A stretch of 64,000 nt of DNA. Source: an uncultured Candidatus Saccharibacteria bacterium. Lineage in GTDB: Bacteria; Patescibacteriota; Minisyncoccia; Phycocordibacterales; JACOZG01. Positions 27,901-36,720 of this stretch are shown here, one piece after another. A model generated the notes under the pieces. It was not told the origin of the DNA. It searched no databases and was given only the letters and a program-made list of their open reading frames with translations. The stretch spans positions 3,537 to 67,536 of the forward strand of contig CAZYLF010000002.1 in the NCBI GenBank assembly GCA_964648765.1, written 5' to 3'. The position numbers were made by a program, and so were the translations under genes. Numbering within the stretch: position 1 is the first letter of the stretch; every line of letters begins with the position of its first letter.

Positions 27901-29814
27901 CCACCCACTACCTTTAGGAGTCGTAAATATAGTTTCTAGTGTAAGTGCATTTGCTCGAGTTAAACCCAGACGATTCAAGAAATTGTCATCTACAGTCTTG
28001 CAGGCAATTCTCAGCAAGAAGAGAATTCTGTGTAGCAGTCTTTGTTCGATCTTGTAATTAACATTAACCACCCTAATCACTTTGGAAGAGCTTTCGACAG
28101 AAACGACTCGTTCAGGTTCCTTAAGTAATTCTTCTTCAAAAAGATCAAAGAATACTTTTGAATAATCTGAGAGGAGTACTGAGACTAAAACCTCATCTTT
28201 CCAATAATTCTCAACGGAACCATCTTGCACCGTAAATGCAATCAACTTCTTTGCTTTTTCATCACTTGCAAAAAGTTTGTCGGATAGCCAATTTCTAAAG
28301 GCACGTCGAATTGGAAGCGAACTACCTATTTCAGTGTAAAAATTATCGAAGCTGGTAGCAGTGCTAAAGGCCCTCTCGATAATCATATCTAAAGCCCACT
28401 CTTCATATACATCGTGTGTTATGAAGTATCCGCCAGCGTTTGAATCAAATTTGATAATCTCGCTCGCTTCTAGTTTCTGAAGCGCTTCATGATCAGATTC
28501 TCCAGTCCTAACGAAGAATCCTCCCTCATTTGCACGTTGCTTAGCGATCTTCAAAAAAGACTCTTCTCTTCGTCTGTGTAAATTATTTGATTGAAAACCT
28601 GAATTCTGGATCTGCTTCTTCCAAATAATTTCGCGAAAATCAGTATAGCTAATATCTGCCTTCGTCTCAGTATAATCCTGTAAATACTCACTCAGATAAA
28701 GTGGCGTTGAAAGAAGGCTTGCAAGTCTGTCATTTTTAGGAAGCTTGAATTTATGTGTCCTTGCGATTAATTCAATTTCTTCACTGGAAAGATGTGGAAT
28801 ATTCAGGGATGCAAAATTCGCTCCGTAGAATTCTTTTAGTTGGAAACGGAGATCATCAAGATAGTTATGTCGCACTGTAAAAATAACTTTCCAACCATTT
28901 GTGACTAACTCAGACAGAAACATTCTGAACACATCTTGGTCTTCGATTTCTGAAAGTCTTTCAGCCGAGTCAAAGACTACATACTTCTCATTGATATCTT
29001 TATGCTCAGCAATAAATTCTGCTGCAGTGATTTCTCCATAATCCTTGAAAAGTTGGTTTATATGGGAAGCACTTTTAAATTGTGTAACCTTAAAGACGAA
29101 AAAGGGTGTGGAATCCTTTACTGTTTCGTAAAGATCTTTTATTACCGCAGTTTTACCTACCCCTGCACCACCACTTAAAACCACAAGCGGAAAAGTTTGA
29201 GCGGTATCTTTAACACCACCCACAACAGAAGAACGGTCTAGTTTGATTGCACTTTTCCCAAAAGAGATCTCTGAACGGATAGGCTGAAGTACTGAATCAG
29301 TATATTTCTGGAGTTCAATAATGGAGTCGATGATGCCCTTCTTAAGACTAAAGAAATGTTGCGCGATACTAAAGTTCTCTTCGCAAACAAATGGCGATTC
29401 AAAGTAGCTTCCTGTCCGCCATTCGATCTCGACACCTTTTGACTTAGCGTGAGCTTCTATGTCCTTTTTGTATTGAGGATCTGTTTTCTTTTTGTCCTGT
29501 CCAAATTCTTGATTCGTATAGAAAATAATTTTATTTAGCTTCGGATGTCTCTCTTTGCCTTTATCGATGGATTCTTTAAAGTCGGCAGTATGTTGAGAGA
29601 GCGCTGTCGTATAAAATTTCGACTGCCAACCTACAACTAAGCCATTCTGTTCAACAGGATTGGTTTCGATACCAGCATGATTCTTGAACCTAAAAACACC
29701 AATATTTTTATTAAACTCCTTGCAAAATAAAAGATAACAAAGTCGTTCAAAAGCCCCTTGCTTATTACTACTAAATTTCGCACCGAAGTTGTCCCAATTC
29801 ACTTCCTGAATCAT
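24976..29814 (-). CDS. 1612-aa STAND-type P-loop NTPase (Avs-like architecture): putative N-terminal PD-(D/E)xK-like nuclease, central NTPase, long C-terminal helical repeat region
   Basis: Walker A VVLSGGAGVGKTAV, Walker B KYVVFDSAE, sensor VIFTVRHNY (hhhTxR) and then ~1250 aa of helical repeats. The first ~130 aa (…GIETNP…VVGWQSKF…) are a possible E…QxK nuclease-like core, which is speculative. Confidence 0.75.
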   Translation of the reverse strand: MIQEVNWDNFGAKFSSNKQGAFERLCYLLFCKEFNKNIGVFRFKNHAGIETNPVEQNGLVVGWQSKFYTTALSQHTADFKESIDKGKERHPKLNKIIFYTNQEFGQDKKKTDPQYKKDIEAHAKSKGVEIEWRTGSYFESPFVCEENFSIAQHFFSLKKGIIDSIIELQKYTDSVLQPIRSEISFGKSAIKLDRSSVVGGVKDTAQTFPLVVLSGGAGVGKTAVIKDLYETVKDSTPFFVFKVTQFKSASHINQLFKDYGEITAAEFIAEHKDINEKYVVFDSAERLSEIEDQDVFRMFLSELVTNGWKVIFTVRHNYLDDLRFQLKEFYGANFASLNIPHLSSEEIELIARTHKFKLPKNDRLASLLSTPLYLSEYLQDYTETKADISYTDFREIIWKKQIQNSGFQSNNLHRRREESFLKIAKQRANEGGFFVRTGESDHEALQKLEASEIIKFDSNAGGYFITHDVYEEWALDMIIERAFSTATSFDNFYTEIGSSLPIRRAFRNWLSDKLFASDEKAKKLIAFTVQDGSVENYWKDEVLVSVLLSDYSKVFFDLFEEELLKEPERVVSVESSSKVIRVVNVNYKIEQRLLHRILFLLRIACKTVDDNFLNRLGLTRANALTLETIFTTPKGSGWSSAIAFVNKHKDRLQLMYMHVILPVLDDWNRSNKQGETTKEASQIALFYYNTLTAKNDFYFSSRDSSKEQLIRTILSGSGEIKEELTEIVDGVIAAQDTSHRTRYYELVKVMLSSIINSTEVARHLPKEIIKLANLFWFYKPREDRHSYSDYRNGIEQYFDLTEGHLEYYPASAFQTPIGTMLQVAPQETVNFILAFTNKSIGYFAKSEFAQYEAEEIDVVVDASGQTIKQYACHRIWNLYRGTQVAPPLLESIHMALEHWLLGIAKTWDPEVVEKWCLYLIKNSRSVSITAVVVSAVLAEPSKLFNIAKILFRTKDFFFFDSSRMYLDMSSAKFTYSMAHDPMGLFKNERLQTCEDKHRNHSLENQALNYQLFANEGEAEEVSKTRQEEVWKILDEYYAKLPNKSKETDGDKTWRLCLARMDRRKMKITTEKKDDQVLISFNPEIDPELRQHSEEAQAKSSEALKYTPLQLWSSHKFERKEEVKNYPQYENDPVLALSETKAILEQLDKDKLEESQFRLFYRSVPSYVCAVLLRDYSDKLSPKDTEFCKKVVLDYASMPLKAGFRYQVGDGLEASVNVLPLLIKKFPKDAEKIKVILLLVLFDSYPIGMSQRVSDYAVAAVLQHLWSESPEDAKAIFHGYLFLKPKFDEISESIREESRKKQKYDFSTISVIKRFKKECKAQINKALSNQLSYTDLQNVAEIDPGILVTAFLLVPLKTSDENHKKFLREICPVLIEAFKNEDKEERLDYMLEHRFLDKFAYFVLYSPKEEIETYVKPFTELIGDFRRRKAVADVLEAFVIAEDSINQYEEFWTVWKVFYPKIVELCSDENHLRYAESVVHKYLLALQWKKGAKEWRSLKDREKTFFKKVSEDMGGNTPVLYALTKLLNDIGSNFVPEGIAWISDLLQKNPDLSRKELEVNTVYYLENLVRSYILKNRQKIKTNPQLKNQILIILDFLLEKASVIAYLLRENIL

Positions 29815-29819
29815 CGTAT

Positions 29820-30983
29820 TTACCGATTTCCTTTTGCTCGATTGTGTGTCTTACACAACATTTCGCAATTTTTAATATCGGTCTTTCCACCCTTACTCCA
29901 GGCCGAGACATGGTCGGCATCCATATCTGCTAGACTCCAAATCTTATCTTTGTTCGCATCGTGACCGATCGCACAATGTGAACAGTTAGAAGTACCTTTC
30001 TTCTTTGCGGCAGCAGTTTGAGCTTCATAGACTGAACGTTTGGTTGAGTCCTCAAATACTCGAACTTCAAGTAGTTTTGTTTCGACCTCTCCTCCTAAAA
30101 CATACTCAAAAATACCTTTGCGATTTTTTACAAAACCGTCGGCATAGAGTTTCTGAACCGTAGCAGATACTTTAGCGGGATTATATTTTTTCTTATGATA
30201 CGTTTGGTAGAGTCTATTCCACTCAAGGCCTTTCATCTCGCTTTCAACTTCAGTAAATGTAGTTGAAATCCAATCAATAACAATTTCGAAATGCTTTTTT
30301 AGCTCGGTAATGTTTTTGTCGTTGCGATGCTTGCTCATGTAACTATCGATATCACCACCAGAAACCCAATCTAAGGCTCGTTCCAAATATGCCTGGCGTT
30401 TAATATCACCTGCAATGTACGCACTCCATTTCTGGACGTTAGCGTTCTGACTGTTACTAAATTCTTCACGCGCAAGTGTGACAAATGGTCCAGAATATAC
30501 CGCATTAAGAATCTCTTGTTCGGTTAAAGGAACTCCCGCAATATTGATAGTCTTAAACCAGTCTTTGATCTCCGGCTCATCACCCTCACATACATATACC
30601 AACAACTTAGTATTCATGATTTGCTCTCGTTGGCTCTCAGCCATGCCGCTGTAGTACTGTTCATGGCCATTCCTATCTTTGACAGCAAACTTTCCTGTCA
30701 CAAAGCGGCCAATACTTGTGATACGCTGCTGACCATCTAACACCTCAAACTTATCTTTGCCAGCTTGATTAAAATAAATTAAACCTATTGGGTAACCTTT
30801 CAAAATTGAGTCAATCACAGCAACGTCACGCTTACCATCAGCATAAATATAATTACGTTGATACTCTGGTTGAATAGTTAATTTTCCAGATAGACCAAAC
30901 AACCCCTTTCCTTCGAGTTCGTTGTAGACGAAGCCGTCGCAAACTTCTCTAATTGTAATGTCATTTTTTAAGGTTGTTTTCAT
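29820..30983 (-). CDS. DUF262 (ParB-like nuclease/NTPase) – HNH endonuclease fusion (GmrSD/SspE-like architecture)
   Basis: [19 protein letters not shown] motif; C-terminal CSHCAIGH…[12 protein letters not shown]…[17 protein letters not shown] motif. Confidence 0.8.
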   Translation of the reverse strand: MKTTLKNDITIREVCDGFVYNELEGKGLFGLSGKLTIQPEYQRNYIYADGKRDVAVIDSILKGYPIGLIYFNQAGKDKFEVLDGQQRITSIGRFVTGKFAVKDRNGHEQYYSGMAESQREQIMNTKLLVYVCEGDEPEIKDWFKTINIAGVPLTEQEILNAVYSGPFVTLAREEFSNSQNANVQKWSAYIAGDIKRQAYLERALDWVSGGDIDSYMSKHRNDKNITELKKHFEIVIDWISTTFTEVESEMKGLEWNRLYQTYHKKKYNPAKVSATVQKLYADGFVKNRKGIFEYVLGGEVETKLLEVRVFEDSTKRSVYEAQTAAAKKKGTSNCSHCAIGHDANKDKIWSLADMDADHVSAWSKGGKTDIKNCEMLCKTHNRAKGNR

Positions 30984-30985
30984 AA

Positions 30986-32107
30986 TTATTTTTTCTTATG
31001 TTTGATAAATAACTTTTTAAATGTTTCTTTGCCATTTATATAGGTACTACGTCCGTAAACACCTTCAGGATCCTGACCAATTCCTCGGTTTGCACCAAGT
31101 ATCTCAAACTGCTCAGAAGAATATTTGTCCATAAAACTTATCGGCACGCCAATAACACCACCATAGTCGCTTGGGATCGCATCTACATACGAAACATCAA
31201 TGGCATCGTAATTATCATATTTATCATATGATGTTTTACCCTGCATTTTTTTGTTGAACTTTAAGTTATCTTCCATACTCATTAAGCTGAGTGGTTGATG
31301 TCTTCGCCCATGATCCAAATTAGTGTACCAACGCACACCCTGGACTCTCGTGATATAAACTTTTTTACCTTGTTCATTTACCTTTATTTCACGTACCTGG
31401 TCTAGATTAGCTATCGCCTCAGGTATTTCGTAAAACATAGCTCCACCGTTCACTTTTGCATTATTGCCAAACCATACTTTGTTTGCCTTAATCATAGGAA
31501 AAACTTCTTTGTATGTAATCGCGTTCATATTTCCAATGATCAAAAATTGCTTTTCGTAATCAAAAAGTTGCGTAATGTATTCACGAAATAAACTAAATGG
31601 AGGATTGGTGACTACAATGTCAGACTGTTTGAGTAACTCAACACATTCATCACTTCTAAAATCACCATCGCCCTCAAGCGGAGACCACTCGTTATTTTTG
31701 TTAGCTCTAAGTTGCTTAGCAATATCTTCTAGTGTAAAAGAACCATCGCCATCAACATCACCAACCTCGTTAATAATAAATTTGTTAGCAACAACTTTTG
31801 GTCGCCCTTTGACTGGTTTGAGGGTAACGTCATCGCCGAATAGTGTTATTTGAGTGTTCGCAACTGGAGAGGGTTTGTAACTAGTTGTAATAAGTCTTTT
31901 TAGTCCTAAACGATTAAAATTCAAGACGAAGTAACGAAAAAAGTTACTTTCAAACGGGTCATCACAGTTACTGTAAATTACCTTACCTTTAAAAGTATTC
32001 GGGTTATATTCAAGATATGATTCCACCTCTTTTTGAATATCAGAAAATTGAGTATAAAACTCATCATTTTTTGCTTTTTTTGCGTCTCTTAGATTCTTGT
32101 TTGCCAT
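30986..32107 (-). CDS. N6-adenine DNA methyltransferase (gamma-class; DEFYT motif X, NPPF motif IV)
   Basis: NDEFYTQF and [11 protein letters not shown] motifs. The start is set at MANKN (32107), which avoids overlap with the Fic gene; the ORF track extends to 32206. Confidence 0.75.
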   Translation of the reverse strand: MANKNLRDAKKAKNDEFYTQFSDIQKEVESYLEYNPNTFKGKVIYSNCDDPFESNFFRYFVLNFNRLGLKRLITTSYKPSPVANTQITLFGDDVTLKPVKGRPKVVANKFIINEVGDVDGDGSFTLEDIAKQLRANKNNEWSPLEGDGDFRSDECVELLKQSDIVVTNPPFSLFREYITQLFDYEKQFLIIGNMNAITYKEVFPMIKANKVWFGNNAKVNGGAMFYEIPEAIANLDQVREIKVNEQGKKVYITRVQGVRWYTNLDHGRRHQPLSLMSMEDNLKFNKKMQGKTSYDKYDNYDAIDVSYVDAIPSDYGGVIGVPISFMDKYSSEQFEILGANRGIGQDPEGVYGRSTYINGKETFKKLFIKHKKK

Positions 32108-32111
32108 AAAT

Positions 32112-33014
32112 TTATTTCTGTTTGCCAGGGCTATAAACAAACCCTTCTGCAATCTTCCAAACACCTTTCTCTCGGAAAGCTGGGATGTTTTGACGACGAG
32201 CGGCATTAGTTAGCGCAGATGCTGATGCGTGGCTTGTCTTTGCATAATCAGAAAGAGTAACGATCTTCTCGCCCTTAAGATAAGTAATTCTTTTGTGGAG
32301 TGATTCGGTAAGAGAAAGCGCGAGGATCTTTTCCATCTTCTTTGCAGTCTTCTTGTCTCGATATTCAGCAAAGGTGCTGTAATAATCCTTTTTTTCTTTG
32401 TCTCGAATGATAATTCCAGGGAAACCAAGTCTCTGGAGTTGGTAATTTATAAGTACACGACCAATACGACCATTGCCATCACAGAATGGGTGAATAGTTT
32501 CAAATTCAAGGTGGAATTTTGCAATCCTGTCTACAAAAAATGACTTAACATCAGCAACATACTCTGACAAAAGTGCATCAATCATTTTTTCTACTTGTTC
32601 AGGGGCCGGAGCAACGTGTGTACCAACTCTCACATATTCACCGATCTTTCTGAAACGACCGGCAATATCATCTTTAATCCCGCCAATAAGCATTTGGTGG
32701 AGGAATAAAATAACTTCTCTGTTTACTTCAGTTTCTTGAGATTTATTTCTAATGTAAGCAACAACTCGAGCAAGATTCTTAGCCTCGAACACTTCTCGGA
32801 CCGAAACTTCACGAGCTACTTCCATTTCCAAAAGAATCTTTTCCGTCTCCTGGAGAGTAAGGGTTGAGTTTTCGATGGCGTTTGAGTTATAAACCGCCTC
32901 GGCAACCTCCGCCTCATCTACCATAACCAAAAGTGACTCTTTTCCTTTTTTAAGAGCTTCGTATTCGGTCTTGAGGTTTTGGATTCTATTTACGAGGGGT
33001 TTTGTAATTGCCAT
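32112..33014 (-). CDS. Fic/Doc family protein (AMPylase-type Fic motif)
   Basis: Canonical Fic motif HPFCDGNGRIGR. Confidence 0.85.
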   Translation of the reverse strand: MAITKPLVNRIQNLKTEYEALKKGKESLLVMVDEAEVAEAVYNSNAIENSTLTLQETEKILLEMEVAREVSVREVFEAKNLARVVAYIRNKSQETEVNREVILFLHQMLIGGIKDDIAGRFRKIGEYVRVGTHVAPAPEQVEKMIDALLSEYVADVKSFFVDRIAKFHLEFETIHPFCDGNGRIGRVLINYQLQRLGFPGIIIRDKEKKDYYSTFAEYRDKKTAKKMEKILALSLTESLHKRITYLKGEKIVTLSDYAKTSHASASALTNAARRQNIPAFREKGVWKIAEGFVYSPGKQK

Positions 33015-33039
33015 ATGTTTTAGTTAATTAACCTTTAAT

Positions 33040-33068
33040 ATTATAGGGTTTTCACTACTTCTTGTCAA
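33040..33068 (-). promoter_or_regulatory. promoter (minus strand) TTGACA-N17-TATAAT driving the Fic-MTase-HNH-STAND operon
   Basis: Reverse complement reads TTGACAagaagtagtgaaaacccTATAAT. Confidence 0.6.
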
Positions 33069-33197
33069 TTTTTAGTGAATGATAGGCTATTTTAGCACCT
33101 TATTCACTAGTTTTTGCTATATAACCCAGTAATCTAAGGTACTTATAAGGTGTGGTAAGGCCTTTACTTTTTTGACTTCTAGGAATAATGTTGCGAC

Positions 33198-33506
33198 ATG
33201 AGTCAATTATTAATATCAGTTGTAGGAGGTCTTCTTGTTATAATCATCGCTGCTATATTCGGCCTTGGTGGGAACACAAAGGTAACTGTCCATGGTGGTG
33301 GAAGGGTTAAGAAGACAGGAAAATGGATAATCATTATCTCGGTAGTGATGTTTTTCATAGGACTTTCCCTATGCAAAAAGAGTGATCCAACTCAGTGGGG
33401 CTTTGATCTAAATATTTCCTCTACTCTCTACGGCGTTACAATCATGCTCTACAGTGGATTATTTTTTGTTGTCGGTAAAATTGTAGCCTGGTTTCAAAGA
33501 CCATAA
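33198..33506 (+). CDS. small membrane protein, 102 aa
   Basis: Three TM helices. Confidence 0.45.
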   Translation: MSQLLISVVGGLLVIIIAAIFGLGGNTKVTVHGGGRVKKTGKWIIIISVVMFFIGLSLCKKSDPTQWGFDLNISSTLYGVTIMLYSGLFFVVGKIVAWFQRP

Positions 33507-33510
33507 ACTT

Positions 33511-33735
33511 ATGCAGCTCGCAGACAAAGACATCGAGAGTTTTCAGGTGCTGTATAAAACGCATTTCAATAAAGATATTTCGCGTGCAGAGGCAGTAGAA
33601 AAAGGCACCAAGCTCTTAACATTGATGAAAGCTGTTTATAAACCCATGACCAAGGAACAGTTCGATGCTATCCAGAAACGGAGAAAAGATACATTACCAG
33701 CTTTGATTAAAAGACTGGAACAAGATCAACTCTGA
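33511..33735 (+). CDS. small protein homologous to the 24119..24388 ORF
   Basis: See the alignment above; 74 aa. Confidence 0.5.
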   Translation: MQLADKDIESFQVLYKTHFNKDISRAEAVEKGTKLLTLMKAVYKPMTKEQFDAIQKRRKDTLPALIKRLEQDQL

Positions 33736-34115
33736 AACTCTACCTCGAACGGATACATTCCCATTCCGCAAGTTCCTTGGAGTGTGCCGAGTTTGCCTTC
33801 ACCAATATCAATATCAGTTGAACCTGTTTGTGGAAGCGATTTGCTTATACCCATACTTGGAATTCGAACTGATGATGAACAGTCAAAGGTTCCTTTAGTG
33901 TTGAATCTGATGATTGTTGGAATACCGGCTTTTGCAATACTCTTTCGGGGTTGATATCCACCCCTCGCAGTTATTTCGATAATCTGCTTTCCGTCTACAA
34001 CGCTAACGTTGTTTGCATTTGCCACCTGTCCAGTGTCACCACCACTTCTGGTGAGCATAAAAGCTCCACCGATGAGGACTACTGCTACAATAATTGAGAT
34101 AATAGTTGCTTTCAT
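33726..34115 (-). CDS. membrane-anchored periplasmic beta-sandwich (cupredoxin/CopC-like?) protein
   Basis: N-terminal TM anchor then a beta-rich domain with a GTCGMGMYPFEVEF Met/Cys-rich end. The start is set at the internal Met, which follows TATAAT-N8 (leaderless-like). Confidence 0.45.
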   Translation of the reverse strand: MKATIISIIVAVVLIGGAFMLTRSGGDTGQVANANNVSVVDGKQIIEITARGGYQPRKSIAKAGIPTIIRFNTKGTFDCSSSVRIPSMGISKSLPQTGSTDIDIGEGKLGTLQGTCGMGMYPFEVEFQS

Positions 34116-34128
34116 AATTGGAATTATA

Positions 34129-35160
34129 CTAGAAGTTAAAGACTGGCGGAATAACCCCAATCACGACCAAACTATTAATAAGATTGAAGAGAGCGAACAT
34201 GATCACGATCAGTCCTGCCGTCTTGAAGAAGATACCTGCCTTTGAACTCTTTTGAATACTGAACGAGCTGAAGCTGATGAGAGCCAGGACCGGCAACGTA
34301 CCGAGTGCGAATGCGAGCATGGTAAGTCCTCCGGTGAGAAAACTTCCTGTGGTAAGGGTATAAAGCTGCATCGATTGAGTGAATCCGCATGGCAGGAAGA
34401 AGGTTGCAATACCAACGAGAAGCGGCGTGAGAGTGTGATTGAACTTCGATACACCATGAGCATGCTTGGCGATAAACTTCGGCATTGATGGCTGAAGTTT
34501 CTTGGCCCAGTGAAATGTGTCGAGGAGATTGATACCAAGGATAAGCATGACGATACCAATTATCAAACTCAATACAAATGTTGCAGAAGTGTTGAGTGTG
34601 AACGCCGATCCAATAGCACCTATAACTCCACCCAGGACAAAGAATGAGGCGATTCGTCCGGCATGGAACATGAGCTGAGGTCGAACCTTGTCACCCTCTT
34701 TGGCGAAAGTGGCGGACATCGATAGGACCAGACCACCGACAACTGCCATACAAGTTGAAAGCGATGCGATAATACCGATCACAAATGCGGTCCCGTAAGT
34801 TACGTTGCCTGCACTGACAAGATTTACAATTCCCATTTTCTGCAGCACTACGAAGAGCACCGCGAAGCCTAGTGCGATCGGGACGGCAATCTTGAAGTCT
34901 CCCCATTTGGCATTGTGCTGCTGTTTTTCAACCGAGACAGTATAGCCATGAGGTTTGAGCGGTATGGTGAGTTCCTCTGCAATCTGCTCCGGTGTCTTAC
35001 CACCAAAGTCTCCGGTGACTTCCATTGAATGGTGCTTTAGACTTAATTTAACATGGGTGACATTTGGCAAATCTCCAATCTCGCTTTCGGTCATAAGTAC
35101 ACATGCGTTGCAGTGCATTCCATGTACGTGAAAGGTGTATTTTTGTGTTTGTGTAGTCAT
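34129..35160 (-). CDS. heavy-metal-associated (HMA) domain fused to a multi-TM membrane domain (DsbD/CcdA- or TauE-like)
   Basis: N-terminal HVHGMHCNACV HMA motif followed by ~8 TM helices. Confidence 0.65.
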   Translation of the reverse strand: MTTQTQKYTFHVHGMHCNACVLMTESEIGDLPNVTHVKLSLKHHSMEVTGDFGGKTPEQIAEELTIPLKPHGYTVSVEKQQHNAKWGDFKIAVPIALGFAVLFVVLQKMGIVNLVSAGNVTYGTAFVIGIIASLSTCMAVVGGLVLSMSATFAKEGDKVRPQLMFHAGRIASFFVLGGVIGAIGSAFTLNTSATFVLSLIIGIVMLILGINLLDTFHWAKKLQPSMPKFIAKHAHGVSKFNHTLTPLLVGIATFFLPCGFTQSMQLYTLTTGSFLTGGLTMLAFALGTLPVLALISFSSFSIQKSSKAGIFFKTAGLIVIMFALFNLINSLVVIGVIPPVFNF

Positions 35161-35174
35161 TGGTAATTTCAGTC

Positions 35175-35390
35175 TTATCTCTGCTCTCTTTCAAGTTGTC
35201 GACGATAGAGAGCGCATACACCGGCTGAGATCGAGATGAGCGTGAGAACGATGGCATCATTGATGCAGTGCTGATACGTAAAGCCCCAGATAGTTCCGCC
35301 TTCGCCTGCAAGCCATGCGCCGATAAGCGCTAGTGCTCCCCAGATTGCCGTTGCGATTGATACTCCATGGATAAATGATGATTTTTTCAT
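35175..35390 (-). CDS. small membrane protein, 71 aa
   Basis: Two TM helices. Confidence 0.4.
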   Translation of the reverse strand: MKKSSFIHGVSIATAIWGALALIGAWLAGEGGTIWGFTYQHCINDAIVLTLISISAGVCALYRRQLEREQR

Positions 35391-35420
35391 AAGATTTATG
35401 TTAATTATTTTTAAATAAGT

Positions 35421-36062
35421 TTACTTGTACCACTGAACATACCAAGACTGCATCTGCTGAATCTCCTTTGATTGTGAGGAGATAATGTTCTTTGCGAGCT
35501 GCTGCATTTCAGGACGATTTGTACCTGACTGAAGCATGTTCGCCATCATGATCGCCAACTGGTGATGCGGAATCATTTCCTCGATAAATGCCTTGTCAAA
35601 ATCAGAGGCGTTTTCTAGTGCTGTCATATCCTCCTGTCCACCCATGTGCATTCCATATCCAGACATCATGCCGCCACCCATCATTCCTGTGCTTACCTTT
35701 GGCACAGCGCTTCCGAACCAATCCTGGTACCAGCCATTCATACTTTGAATCTCCGTTGTCTGAGCTGCAATAATGGCCGTTGCTAGAGTTTTAATTTCAG
35801 GATGCTTTGCTTTTTGAAGCGCAAGGTTTGCCATGGCGATAGCTCCCTCATGGTGAGGAATCATCTGCTCGATAAAGTGTTTGTCGATGGTGCTGGCGAC
35901 TTGGTTATTTCCAGGCACTCTTTGGTCATACGATGAGTTATTTCGCCAGTTCATCATTCCGTAGCCTCCATATCGAAACATCGGAGTGAGCACTGAAACA
36001 AGAAGAATTCCAATAACTATTCCTCCTATTCCATATAATATTTTGTTGTTTTGATTGTTCAT
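35421..36062 (-). CDS. DUF305 family protein (duplicated HH(E/Q)xAI motifs)
   Basis: MIPHHEGAIAMA and MIPHHQLAIMMA repeats are typical of DUF305, which is associated with copper resistance. Confidence 0.7.
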   Translation of the reverse strand: MNNQNNKILYGIGGIVIGILLVSVLTPMFRYGGYGMMNWRNNSSYDQRVPGNNQVASTIDKHFIEQMIPHHEGAIAMANLALQKAKHPEIKTLATAIIAAQTTEIQSMNGWYQDWFGSAVPKVSTGMMGGGMMSGYGMHMGGQEDMTALENASDFDKAFIEEMIPHHQLAIMMANMLQSGTNRPEMQQLAKNIISSQSKEIQQMQSWYVQWYK

Positions 36063-36085
36063 ATTTTTGTAGTTAGATTAATAAG

Positions 36086-36286
36086 TTACTCTCCGGCGTA
36101 CTTCACAGGATCGGCTGTGAAATGATTCTTGCAGTGGATAGCGCAAAAGTAATAGGTTTTACCTTTGTAGTCTGCGCTTGCCTTAATACTGTCTGCATCA
36201 AGTTCCATTCCGCAGACCAAGTCGAAAGCAACTGCCGGATCAAGATTTTTATACTTTTTATTGCCTTTAAGCTTTTTTGTTTGCAT
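36086..36286 (-). CDS. YHS/TRASH-domain small metal-binding protein
   Basis: VCGMELD…YYFCAIHC motif. Confidence 0.65.
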   Translation of the reverse strand: MQTKKLKGNKKYKNLDPAVAFDLVCGMELDADSIKASADYKGKTYYFCAIHCKNHFTADPVKYAGE

Positions 36287-36399
36287 AGATTTTTGAGATT
36301 AGAAATAGTAATAGAAGCTCTATGCAAAGAGGGGCTGTTTTCAAATAATGAAAGCCAACGGGTAATTTTCCGAGGACGACTAAGTTGCCGTTCTGGATC

Positions 36400-36720
36400 A
36401 AGTCGTACTCGACATAATATCCGACTGGCTAGGATAGAATCTCGATGTTTTATGTAAAGGAATCCTAGGCTGAGAAATACAGCAAATAGAAGCGCGAGTA
36501 AGAAAATAAATGGAACTGATGGGACCACGCTGAAGAACGATATGAATGCTTGGATGTGATGGACCGACATTGCCGCAATGTTTTCCGGACATGGTGTATT
36601 GTCTACGGCCGATGCAATACAACCAGTGGCATGATTAGCCCCATGACTCATTGAGGTAAAACCGAACACCCCTATTACCAGGACACTTGTGATTATTAGT
36701 AATGAGAGGAGTTTTTTCAT
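36400..36720 (-). CDS. small secreted/membrane His/Cys-rich protein (N-terminal part of ORF 36103..36720)
   Basis: Signal/TM then SMSHGANHATGCIASAVDNTPCPENIAAMSVHH. The ORF reads on through the YHS gene in another frame, and that tail looks non-coding, so the 3' end is uncertain. Confidence 0.35.

Larger units (their letters stand above)
21720..33100. mobile_element. putative integrated mobile/defence island (AT-rich), boundaries approximate
   Basis: Serine recombinase abuts the tRNA 3' exon. The island holds a Rep-like wHTH gene, iteron-like repeats and a STAND/HNH/MTase/Fic operon. Base composition drops to an estimated ~35% GC, judged by eye. The right end is not defined by a repeat. Confidence 0.4.

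Noticed and set aside
32210-32428. 72-aa minus-strand ORF inside the Fic gene region
   Set aside because: It is an alternative frame of the Fic gene, which has the canonical HPFxDGNGRxxR motif.
34175-34906. Minus-strand ORFs 34175-34390, 34209-34559 and 34691-34906, and plus-strand 34252-34488
   Set aside because: They are alternative frames of the HMA-membrane protein gene, with Arg/Ser/Cys-rich out-of-frame composition.
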